DNA of 53,368 nt from a virus (taxonomy: Duplodnaviria; Caudoviricetes), in the IMG/VR virus record IMGVR_UViG_3300030388_000656, positions 1 through 53,368 of that record. One strand, written 5' to 3'. The first letter of the stretch is position 1. Every line of letters starts with the position of its first letter. Shown in pieces: positions 22,939 to 34,991 of this stretch. A program made the position numbers and the translations under genes. The notes below the pieces were generated by a model, which did no database searches, was not told where the DNA came from, and was given only the letters and a program-made list of their open reading frames with translations.

Positions 22939-25023
22939 ATGGCAATTCAGTTTTTAGATGCAATAGATTTAACAGGGTTAGAGATAACCAATGTCTTATT
23001 GCAAAGTTCAGCAGGTACACCTGCTTCATTCCTGGGAGCAGGACAAATCGTTTATGATTCATCAGCAGGTACTATTAAGTACTATGATGGTATAGCAGGA
23101 GCTTGGGTAGAGTTAGATGGTAACGGTGCAGTGTCATCAATAGTAGCTGGTACAGGTATCGCTATTAGTGGAGGTACAGGAAACGTAACAGTAAACGTAG
23201 ACTACGCAGGTGCAGACAATGCAATTTTAGCAGCAGTAGCTGCTGATCCAGTAGCAGCAGATACAATCTGGTTTTCTGATGCAACTGATAGTGCTATCAA
23301 AAAAGCTTTAGTATCAGCATTACCTTTCAGCAATAACGCAGGAAGTGTAACAGAGGTTACTTCTTCAGACACAACATTTATTGCAGCAACAGGTGCAGCA
23401 TCTATAACTTCATCAGGTGATTTAAACTTTGGATTAAGTGCATCAGGAACTCCAAGTGCAACAACTTATTTAAGAGGTGATAATTCTTGGGCAACTATTG
23501 CAGCAGGATTTGCAGGATTTAAAATAACAGATGGTACAAATCCATTTGATGTTGGATCAGGAGAGTCAGTTGACATCACAAGTTCAGGATCAATAGTAAT
23601 TGATACTTCAACTGCTTTGATTGTTAAAATGGATCTTTCAACTACTGGAGTAACAGCAGGTGATTATACAAGTGCTAACATTACAGTTGATGCTCAAGGT
23701 AGAATTACAGCAGCAGACAATGGTACAGCAGGTACTATGACAAGCTTTGATGTTTCAGCAGACTCTGGAACTACGCAAAAGATTAGCAATGGTGACGAAT
23801 TAAAAATATTAGGTACTGCTCCAATTAGTACAGCAGCAAGTGCTACAGATACAGTTACAATAACTCACGATGCTTTTGGTACAGCAGGAACATATGCTTA
23901 TCCAAGTTCAGTAGTTACAAATGCTACTGGTCACATTACAAGTATAGTGGCTGGAGCTGCACCAGGAACAATGTCTGCTTTCAAATTAGCAGGTGACACT
24001 GGAACTGCTCAAGCAGTTGAAAATGGTGATACACTAAGTGTATTAGGTTCTAAAGGAATTGACACAGTAGTATCAGCTGATGATACAATTACTGTTAATC
24101 TTGACTTATGTGAAATAGATACTCAAGCTGGAGATTTTTCAGGTGAAGATTCTATTATAATTTGTGATTCTAAAGCAGGTGCAAATGGTAAAGTACTTCC
24201 TGGTAAAATTTCTCTATCAATGTTCGGTGCTCCAACAGCAACGCTTCCGATGGGAACTAATAAAATATCAGGGCTTGTAGATCCTACAGCAGCACAAGAA
24301 GCAGCTACAAAAAATTATGTAGATACAACTTTTGCAGGTTCAGGAGCATTAATTTTCCAAGGAGGATACGATGCAACAAGTGCAGCACCAACAGGAGCAG
24401 CAGTTCTTAAAGGATTTACTTATGCAGTAACAGTAGCAGGTTCAGGAGATCCAGAAGGATTTTGGAATCCAACATTAGAGGTTGGTGATTTAGTTATTGC
24501 TAACATAAACAATCCACAGACAGCAGCAGATTGGACAGAGATTAACAAGAACATTGATGTTGCATCTGCAACTATTCAAGGTATTGCAAACTTCCCAACA
24601 GCAGGTGGATTATCTGTTTCAGCTGGAGCAGTAAGTTTACCAGGAGTAGGTACAGCAGTTACAAATTTAGGTTCAGCAGCTAAGTCTTTAAAAATCTCAA
24701 CAGATGCTAAAGGAAGAGTTACAGCAGCAACTGCTCAAGACATTAGTATTGCAGCTACTCAGGTAAAAGATTTCTGTGCAGAAGTAGATTCATGTAACTC
24801 AACTGCCAACAACAAAACAGGTGTTGTGGGAGATGCTAAGTCTTGGACTATTGAGCATAACTGGGGAACACGAAATGTAGTATTAAATGTGTATAACAAC
24901 AAGGGAGAATATAACGATGTCTTTGTAAGTGTATCAAGACCAGATGTTAATAATGTAACATTCAGTGTTGCTAAAGATGTTGGTGCTGAAGCTCTTGCTT
25001 ATACGTTACAAAGAGTATCATAA
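22939..25023 (+). CDS. Tail/head fibre protein
   Basis: G/A/T/S-rich; repeats ITVDAQGRITAA, MTSF..ADSGT.Q...NGD, AATKNYVD. Confidence 0.75.
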   Translation: MAIQFLDAIDLTGLEITNVLLQSSAGTPASFLGAGQIVYDSSAGTIKYYDGIAGAWVELDGNGAVSSIVAGTGIAISGGTGNVTVNVDYAGADNAILAAVAADPVAADTIWFSDATDSAIKKALVSALPFSNNAGSVTEVTSSDTTFIAATGAASITSSGDLNFGLSASGTPSATTYLRGDNSWATIAAGFAGFKITDGTNPFDVGSGESVDITSSGSIVIDTSTALIVKMDLSTTGVTAGDYTSANITVDAQGRITAADNGTAGTMTSFDVSADSGTTQKISNGDELKILGTAPISTAASATDTVTITHDAFGTAGTYAYPSSVVTNATGHITSIVAGAAPGTMSAFKLAGDTGTAQAVENGDTLSVLGSKGIDTVVSADDTITVNLDLCEIDTQAGDFSGEDSIIICDSKAGANGKVLPGKISLSMFGAPTATLPMGTNKISGLVDPTAAQEAATKNYVDTTFAGSGALIFQGGYDATSAAPTGAAVLKGFTYAVTVAGSGDPEGFWNPTLEVGDLVIANINNPQTAADWTEINKNIDVASATIQGIANFPTAGGLSVSAGAVSLPGVGTAVTNLGSAAKSLKISTDAKGRVTAATAQDISIAATQVKDFCAEVDSCNSTANNKTGVVGDAKSWTIEHNWGTRNVVLNVYNNKGEYNDVFVSVSRPDVNNVTFSVAKDVGAEALAYTLQRVS

Positions 25024-25026
25024 ATT

Positions 25027-27918
<2,892 letters not shown>

Positions 27919-27935
27919 AAGAAAAAATAAAATAC

Positions 27936-27943
27936 TATCTTTG
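27936..27943 (+). promoter_or_regulatory. -7 box TATCTTTG
   Basis: Exact match upstream of 27971. Confidence 0.7.
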
Positions 27944-27970
27944 TACTTAATATAATTAAATAAAATCAAA

Positions 27971-28237
27971 ATGAAAAAATCAAACGAAACAAAGCAGCTT
28001 ACAGAAGCAGAATTAACTTCAATCCAGTCAATGACTAACGCTTTTAATCTTTTAAAAATAAAATTAGGAGATTATGAATTAATGAAGCAAGAGACTTTAG
28101 AAAAAATTGCTGAGGTAAAAACAGCATATGCTAAAGTAGAACTTGAACTTCAAGAAGTGTATGGTAAAGATGTTGAGATAAACATCGAGACAGGAGAGGT
28201 TAAAGAAAAAGAAGTAAAGCTGGAAGAAGTAAAATAA
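27971..28237 (+). CDS. Small acidic coiled-coil protein, paralog of 21928-22176
   Basis: Visible alignment to 21928-22176. Confidence 0.75.
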   Translation: MKKSNETKQLTEAELTSIQSMTNAFNLLKIKLGDYELMKQETLEKIAEVKTAYAKVELELQEVYGKDVEINIETGEVKEKEVKLEEVK

Positions 28238-28246
28238 AAAACAGCA

Positions 28247-31105
28247 ATGGCAAGAATTGAAAATACTACGGTCTACCCTACGGTCACACCAGCAATGGAT
28301 GACCTTTTAATCGCTACAGATGTTAGTGACAATAATAAGACAGTTACGTTTTTAGTAAGTAGTCTTTCAGGTGGAGCAGCAGTACTTCAAGGCTTGCAAT
28401 CAGTTTTAGATACATCTAATACAGCAACTCAAAATATTACTTTAACAGGTAATATTGAATTAGTAGGAGGATATATTGACTTATGTCAGCTATATGCTTC
28501 AGGTGCTACAGGAGCTGCTGGACAAGTATTAACTTCAGGTGGAGCAGCAGGATGTGTTACCTGGACAACTCCAGGAGCAGGTGGTGGAGGATGTTGTACA
28601 CTTCAACAAACTACTGATGCAGGAGCATCAACCACAAACACTATTACAACTACTGGTGATTTAATAATGAATGGAGTTAATTCTCAATTCAATTTAAATA
28701 ACGGAAGTGATATAGTTTTATCTTCTACAAGCACATTAACTTTTGTTACTGGATCTACTATAACTGATTCAGCTGGTGCTACAGGATCTACAGGATATGT
28801 ATTAACATGGAATGGTACTGGTGTTACTTGGGCAGCTCCAGCAGCTTCGGCTTGCTGTACTTTACAAGAAACTCTAACTGCTGGCAATACAGCCACAGCA
28901 ATAGGTATTGATTTTGTAGGGCCAAGTACAACAAACTTTAATGCAAGTGCTTCAATTATTTCTGCTGGTGGAAACACTTTTAGTGGAACAAATACATTCT
29001 CAGGAACATTAGATATTGATGGAACTGTTGAAGATGGAGTTGGAAGTGTAGGTACAGCAGGACAAATATTAAGCTCGACAGGCTCAGGTGTAGCTTGGAT
29101 AGCTAATAGTGGTGTTCCAAATTTACAGGCAGTTTTAACTGCTGGAGATACAGCTGTAGAAGATATTAATCTAACAGGTATTATTGATCTAACAGGAAGT
29201 TTAGTATTAGGTAGTTCAACTACTGTTAGTGCAAACGGATCAGTAGGAACTGTTGGGCAGTATTTAACAGCAACAGCAACAGGAGTTGAATGGACATCAA
29301 CAGCTGCGTGTTGTAATTTAAACGACACACTAACTGTAGGAGCTACTTCTGCGTTAGATATTACAATGACAGGTTCTGCTAATATAACAGCACCTTCTAT
29401 GACTCCAGCTATATTGATTGCAAATAATGGAGCAGGAACAGCTGGTCAAATACTTTCAGCAACTGCTTCAGGAATTCAATGGGTAGATAACAATGCTACA
29501 GGAATGACTTCATTCTTTATGCAGGGTGATGGTGGTACTCTTCAGACAATAACTGATGGAAACACTTTTCAATTACTGGGTGATACTGGTATAACAACTA
29601 CAGCTGTAAATTTAGATACTTTAAAAATAGATCTTGATGATACAGCAGTAACACCAGGATCTTATACTTACGCATCTATAACTGTAGACCAACAAGGTAG
29701 ATTAACAGCAGCTTCTAATGGAGCATCTCCTTCATTACCTACAACTTATGATTTAGCTTCAGTACAAAACGGAACTGGATCTCAGATACAATTAATACCA
29801 AGTGCTGGTGTTACAGATATTGTAGATATTATAGCTGGTACAAACATTACAATTGCTGATACTGGTAGCAGTCTTACTATATCAGCTGCATCGGCAGCTG
29901 GAATGACAAGCTTTAAAGTTGAAGGTGACTCAGCAAATACTCAAGATATAACTAATGGTAATACTATTAAGTTTGAAGGAGGAACAGGACTTAGCAGTTT
30001 AGTAAGTGCTACAGATACTGTTACTTTTAAAATAGATGATACAGGAGTTGCATCAGCATCTTATACTAATGCTAACATAAGTGTAAATGCTCAAGGGCAA
30101 ATAGTAGCAGCTTCTAATGGATCAGCAGCAGGAGGAGGAACAGCAACTTATACAAGTGCTCAGAATGGTGTTGATGTAGATATGACTTATCTACAATCTA
30201 ATCCAGCTTTAACTAATGTAGTTAAATTAGTAGCAGGTACAAATATTACATTAACTGACAATGGTAGTAATCAAATAACTATTGATGCTGCTGGTGGTGG
30301 TAGTGGAATGACCTCGTTTAAATTAGAGGGTAGTTCAGGAATTACACAAAACATTACTAATGGTAATACAGTAAGAATACTTCAAGGAACTGGTATTCAA
30401 ACTGTTGCAAGTAATACAGATACTGTTACAGTAACTAATACAGGTGTAACATCTGTTGCTGCTGGTAGTGGTATAAGTCTAAGTGGAAGTACTGGTGCTG
30501 TAACTATAACTGCAACTGGTAGTGGATCAAAAAGTCAATCACATTATTTTAGAAGATCGTTCTATAATAGGGATTTACAGAACAAGTTTAACTACCCTTA
30601 TTATATTTTTGAAGATCCAATTTTTCCACAGTTCCCAGCTCCAGTTCTTGGGCGAGTATCAAATGATATAATTCAGGATCAAATTCAAGATCCTGCTACA
30701 GTAGCTCCATCAGTGGGTGGTATACTATTAAACGCATCTTTATATAGTGGCCCAAAAACACATTGTGTTACTGGGTACAGAGATCTTTGTAGTGTAACAG
30801 TTAGACTTGTTTCAGATATAAAAGAATTTGAAATAAGACTTTATAAAGCTGAGATGTGTTTACCAGCAGGTACTCAAAAATTATGGACTTTAATTTCTGA
30901 ATGTAAATTTGTTCCTGGAGCGAATGACACTAATAGAGCATTACTTTGTTGTGATATGGATCTTGCTAAGGCAACAACTAATAGCAAAAGGTTTGATACC
31001 GATGATGCGTTAATGCTGGTTTTATATACAACTGGAAATGGCGATGATCTTGGATTTATAAACGGAGAGATTTCGTATGAGATGCTTGATGGAAATGCTA
31101 TGTAA
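28247..31105 (+). CDS. Tail/head fibre protein
   Basis: Repeats LQ..L..G, GTAGQIL.....G..W, GMTSF...GD....Q.IT.GNT, ITVDQQGRLTAA. Confidence 0.75.
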   Translation: MARIENTTVYPTVTPAMDDLLIATDVSDNNKTVTFLVSSLSGGAAVLQGLQSVLDTSNTATQNITLTGNIELVGGYIDLCQLYASGATGAAGQVLTSGGAAGCVTWTTPGAGGGGCCTLQQTTDAGASTTNTITTTGDLIMNGVNSQFNLNNGSDIVLSSTSTLTFVTGSTITDSAGATGSTGYVLTWNGTGVTWAAPAASACCTLQETLTAGNTATAIGIDFVGPSTTNFNASASIISAGGNTFSGTNTFSGTLDIDGTVEDGVGSVGTAGQILSSTGSGVAWIANSGVPNLQAVLTAGDTAVEDINLTGIIDLTGSLVLGSSTTVSANGSVGTVGQYLTATATGVEWTSTAACCNLNDTLTVGATSALDITMTGSANITAPSMTPAILIANNGAGTAGQILSATASGIQWVDNNATGMTSFFMQGDGGTLQTITDGNTFQLLGDTGITTTAVNLDTLKIDLDDTAVTPGSYTYASITVDQQGRLTAASNGASPSLPTTYDLASVQNGTGSQIQLIPSAGVTDIVDIIAGTNITIADTGSSLTISAASAAGMTSFKVEGDSANTQDITNGNTIKFEGGTGLSSLVSATDTVTFKIDDTGVASASYTNANISVNAQGQIVAASNGSAAGGGTATYTSAQNGVDVDMTYLQSNPALTNVVKLVAGTNITLTDNGSNQITIDAAGGGSGMTSFKLEGSSGITQNITNGNTVRILQGTGIQTVASNTDTVTVTNTGVTSVAAGSGISLSGSTGAVTITATGSGSKSQSHYFRRSFYNRDLQNKFNYPYYIFEDPIFPQFPAPVLGRVSNDIIQDQIQDPATVAPSVGGILLNASLYSGPKTHCVTGYRDLCSVTVRLVSDIKEFEIRLYKAEMCLPAGTQKLWTLISECKFVPGANDTNRALLCCDMDLAKATTNSKRFDTDDALMLVLYTTGNGDDLGFINGEISYEMLDGNAM

Positions 31106-31138
31106 ATTAAATTTAAATTTAAATTAAAATAAAATGAA

Positions 31139-31357
31139 ATGGATATTAGAAAAATATCAGTCGGAGCAGATTACAAGTCTGGAGCAATGCATTACATTAA
31201 AGGCCAAGAAGTTTTAGGAGGCAGTCATACTATTCATTTAATTCAAGCTCAAGAAAGATCTTTTAGGATTTGGATTATAAAAGACGAAAAGGTTTATGTG
31301 TGGAAAGAGTTTTTATCAACTCTACCTATATCGTTAGAGTATAACATAAACTTTTAA
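31139..31357 (+). CDS. Hypothetical protein
   Basis: IRKISVG.DYK..AMHY..GQ; TAATG-coupled to the next gene. Confidence 0.7.
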   Translation: MDIRKISVGADYKSGAMHYIKGQEVLGGSHTIHLIQAQERSFRIWIIKDEKVYVWKEFLSTLPISLEYNINF

Positions 31358-31920
31358 TGAGATCTCCGAATTGCTTTATTGTAACTCCTAAAGATAATAG
31401 GAGATATGATAATAAGAAAGAGATTGGTGGAATGGAATTTATCACCAGCGTTTCTGAAGAAGATCATACTGTATCAAATCGTTTTGCAACCGTTATAGAG
31501 TTGCCTATAAACTATGAAGGCCCTATCTCAAAGGGAGACACTTTATTAGTTCATCACAATGTTTTCAAGTTTTATAATGATGTGAAAGGTCGCAGACAAA
31601 GTGGCCGAAGTTTCTTAAAAGAAAATTTATTTTTAGTTGACAACGATCAATTCTTTATGTACCATAATGGTGATAAGTGGATGGCTTGGGGAAAATATTG
31701 TTTTATAAAGCCTGTTGATGTAAAAGAATCCTATATATTTAAAGGGTGTAGTGAAGAACCTTTATATGGTATTGTTAAATACATTAATCAAGAGCTCTTA
31801 AATTTAGGAGTAAACGAGGGTGATTCAATTTCTTTTCAGCCTGATAGCGAATACGAATTTAATGTTGAGGGAGAGAAACTATATAGAATGTTTACAGACA
31901 ACATAACAATGCTTGTATGA
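31357..31920 (+). CDS. GroES-like (tandem co-chaperonin fold) protein
   Basis: Two GroES-like units: FIVTP...GG.EF...ATVIELP...GDTLLV and CFIKP...GIVKY...GVNEGDSI.F...EFNVEGEKLY. Confidence 0.55.
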   Translation: MRSPNCFIVTPKDNRRYDNKKEIGGMEFITSVSEEDHTVSNRFATVIELPINYEGPISKGDTLLVHHNVFKFYNDVKGRRQSGRSFLKENLFLVDNDQFFMYHNGDKWMAWGKYCFIKPVDVKESYIFKGCSEEPLYGIVKYINQELLNLGVNEGDSISFQPDSEYEFNVEGEKLYRMFTDNITMLV

Positions 31921-32489
31921 TATATGTAATAGATAATTTTGTAGATCAAGACCTATTTGATATCGGTAAAGAATATTTAGACAAAGGAGAGTGGATTGAT
32001 CAAAAGGCAGGTGATAAGAGTTTTTATGTTCAAAGCTCTCCAGAGTCGTTTAATGATTATGTTTTAGACAAGCTATCGATAAAAGAGGGTAAACCATTAC
32101 AAAATATATTAAGCTTCTTTAGAATGTCTAATAACGAATTAGACACAAGTTGGAGAATTCATGCTGATTCTAAAATTAATGGAGAGAAACCTGATAGAGC
32201 TATTGTATTATGTATGTCTCCAAGAGAATTAGAAGAACTACATGGAACAGCTTTCTGGGAACATGATGTATATGGTAGTACAATACCAAAAGATTTTACA
32301 GACGAACAGTTTGACAAGATGATAACTGAAGACTCTGAGCAAATAGAAAAATGGAGATTAGCTTCTGTGGTAGGTTATGAGCAGAACCGATTAATTTCTT
32401 ATCCTTCAGATTACTTTCATAGTAAATATCCAAACAAGTCTTGGAAAGAAGGTAGAGCAATTTTCGTAATGTTTTATAAATACATATAA
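31917..32489 (+). CDS. 2OG-Fe(II) oxygenase-like protein (DUF6445-like)
   Basis: YVIDNF, IHAD (HxD), GTAFW, NRLISY...FHS, GR. Confidence 0.7.
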   Translation: MIYVIDNFVDQDLFDIGKEYLDKGEWIDQKAGDKSFYVQSSPESFNDYVLDKLSIKEGKPLQNILSFFRMSNNELDTSWRIHADSKINGEKPDRAIVLCMSPRELEELHGTAFWEHDVYGSTIPKDFTDEQFDKMITEDSEQIEKWRLASVVGYEQNRLISYPSDYFHSKYPNKSWKEGRAIFVMFYKYI

Positions 32490-32767
32490 TGGATATAAAG
32501 GAACTTAAGTTAAGTATAATTGAAGCAGGAGAAAAAGCTGTTAAACAATTAATTAGAGTAGCTAAAGAAGATATTATTAAATACGAAGCAGAAGATCCTT
32601 TAGCAGCTGATAGATTAAAAAACGCAGCAGCTACTAAAAAATTATGCATCATGGATGCTTTTGAAATATTAAAAAGAATAGAAGAAGAGAGAGCTCTTCT
32701 TAACGGAACTGTAACTGAAAAGAAAAACAATACACCAAGAGGATTTGCTGAATCAAGATCAAAATAA
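32489..32767 (+). CDS. Hypothetical protein, candidate terminase small subunit
   Basis: Helical 92 aa protein overlapping the terminase large subunit start; positional inference. Confidence 0.45.
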   Translation: MDIKELKLSIIEAGEKAVKQLIRVAKEDIIKYEAEDPLAADRLKNAAATKKLCIMDAFEILKRIEEERALLNGTVTEKKNNTPRGFAESRSK

Positions 32768-34991
32768 ATTATATAAAGTTTTAACAAACTACATTCCTAA
32801 ATCTGTTTTAGTAAATAAAAACAGGGCAAGAACTTGGCTCTATGGTTATAACGAAAAGTATAATTTAGTTATTATATCTAAAACTGGACAGGTAGGTAAT
32901 GTTATAGATATCAATGGGTTACAGATAGGATTACCTCCAGCACCTAAGGAAGTATATAGTCGCTCTTCAAAAAAAGAAGAACAATACTGGGAGACAGTTC
33001 CTTTAGTTCGAGATCTAAGTAGAATTAAATCTATATTTCAGTGGCACGATACTCCAGATGAGTTTAAGTCTCAATGGGTAGACTTCATAGAAGAAGAATT
33101 TAATAGAAGAGAAGAAGGTCATTGGTTTATGAATAATGGAAATCCTGTTTATATAACAGGAACTCATTATATGTATTTACAATGGACTAAGATTGATATA
33201 GGTAATCCAGATTTTAGAGAAGCAAATAGAATATTTTATATTTTCTGGGAAGCATGCAAAGCTGACAAGAGAAGTTTTGGAATGTGTTACTTAAAAATTA
33301 GACGTTCTGGATTTTCTTTTATGAGTTCATGTGAAGGAGTAAACAAAGCAACTATTACTAAAGATGCTCGTATTGGAATATTATCTAAAACAGGTAGTGA
33401 TGCCAAAAAAATGTTTACTGATAAAGTTGTTCCTATCTCAAATAACTATCCATTCTTTTTTAAACCCATACAAGATGGTATGGATAAACCAAAAACAGAA
33501 TTAGCATATAGAGTTCCTGCATCTAAGATTACTAAAAAGAATATGCACACTTTAGCTGATGAAGAGTTAGAGGGATTAGATACAACTATTGACTGGAAAA
33601 ATACAGGAGACAATAGTTATGATGGTGAGAAATTACAATTACTACTTCATGATGAAAGTGGTAAATGGGAAAAGCCTGATAATATATTAAACAACTGGAG
33701 GGTTACAAAAACATGTCTCAGGTTAGGTAGTAGAATTATAGGTAAGTGTATGATGGGATCTACTTCTAATGCCTTAGATAAAGGTGGTAGAAACTTTAAA
33801 GCATTATATGAAGATTCTTTTCCAACCAAACGAAATGCAAATGGTCAAACCAAAAGTGGATTGTATTGTTTATTTGTTCCTATGGAATGGAACTTTGAGG
33901 GATATATAGATCGCTATGGAATGCCAATACTTACTACTCCTGCAAAACCTGTTATAGGAATTGATGGAGAGGTAATAACTTTAGGGGCTATAGATTACTG
34001 GACAAATGAAGTAGAGTCTTTGTCTCAAGATCCAGATGCATTAAATGAATTTTATAGACAGTTTCCAAGAACAGAGTCTCATGCTTTTAGAGATGAGAGT
34101 AAACAATCTTTATTTAATCTTACAAAGATTTATCAGCAAATAGATTATAACGATTCTTTAATAATGCCTCATCACATAACAAGAGGTTCTTTTAGCTGGA
34201 AGAATGGAATAAAAGATACTGAAGTTATTTGGAGTCCAAACAAAGATGGTAGATTTATTGTAAGCTGGACACCTCCACCACACTTGCAAAACAAACAGTT
34301 TGAGGAAAGAGGAATGAAGAAACCAGGGAATGAATCTATTGGTTCATTTGGTTGTGATTCATATGACATATCAGGAGTGGTTGTTGGTAAAGGATCTAAT
34401 GGATCTTTACATGGTCTTACTAAATTCAATATGTCTGAAGCTCCAAGTAATCATTTTTTCTTAGAGTATATAGCCAGACCTCAGACAGCAGAAATATTTT
34501 TTGAGGAAGTATTAATGGCTTGTATATTTTATGGTATGCCTATATTATGTGAGAACAATAAACCTCGTTTATTATATCATTTTAAGAACAGAGGATACAG
34601 AGGATATTCATTAAATAGGCCAGACAAAACATACACTAAACTTTCTAAAACAGAAAGAGAATTAGGTGGTATACCAAACAGTTCAGAAGATGTAAAACAA
34701 TCGCATGCTTCAGCTATAGAATCGTATATTGAAAAATATGTTGGTGTTGATTTTAATGGAGATAATCGTGATCCAGGAGACATGGGAGACATGTATTTTG
34801 GAAGGACATTAGAAGACTGGGCAAAATTTGATATTAGTAATAGAACAAAGTTTGATGCAGCGATTAGTTCAGGGTTAGCTATCATGGCTAACCAGAAACA
34901 CTTATACACACCATCTAAACAAAAATCAAAAATAAGTATTAACTTTGCAAGATATAATAACAAGAATACACTAAGTAAAATAATTACATGA
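32745..34991 (+). CDS. terL: Terminase large subunit
   Basis: Walker A variant KIRRSGFS, Walker B LLLHDESGK, coupling motif GST, RQFP...AF, nuclease motif FGCDSY. Confidence 0.88.
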   Translation: MLNQDQNKLYKVLTNYIPKSVLVNKNRARTWLYGYNEKYNLVIISKTGQVGNVIDINGLQIGLPPAPKEVYSRSSKKEEQYWETVPLVRDLSRIKSIFQWHDTPDEFKSQWVDFIEEEFNRREEGHWFMNNGNPVYITGTHYMYLQWTKIDIGNPDFREANRIFYIFWEACKADKRSFGMCYLKIRRSGFSFMSSCEGVNKATITKDARIGILSKTGSDAKKMFTDKVVPISNNYPFFFKPIQDGMDKPKTELAYRVPASKITKKNMHTLADEELEGLDTTIDWKNTGDNSYDGEKLQLLLHDESGKWEKPDNILNNWRVTKTCLRLGSRIIGKCMMGSTSNALDKGGRNFKALYEDSFPTKRNANGQTKSGLYCLFVPMEWNFEGYIDRYGMPILTTPAKPVIGIDGEVITLGAIDYWTNEVESLSQDPDALNEFYRQFPRTESHAFRDESKQSLFNLTKIYQQIDYNDSLIMPHHITRGSFSWKNGIKDTEVIWSPNKDGRFIVSWTPPPHLQNKQFEERGMKKPGNESIGSFGCDSYDISGVVVGKGSNGSLHGLTKFNMSEAPSNHFFLEYIARPQTAEIFFEEVLMACIFYGMPILCENNKPRLLYHFKNRGYRGYSLNRPDKTYTKLSKTERELGGIPNSSEDVKQSHASAIESYIEKYVGVDFNGDNRDPGDMGDMYFGRTLEDWAKFDISNRTKFDAAISSGLAIMANQKHLYTPSKQKSKISINFARYNNKNTLSKIIT

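Noticed and set aside
28684-29328. 214 aa antisense ORF and similar antisense ORFs in the terL, MCP and tail genes
   Set aside because: Fully overlap well-supported + strand genes; explained by codon bias
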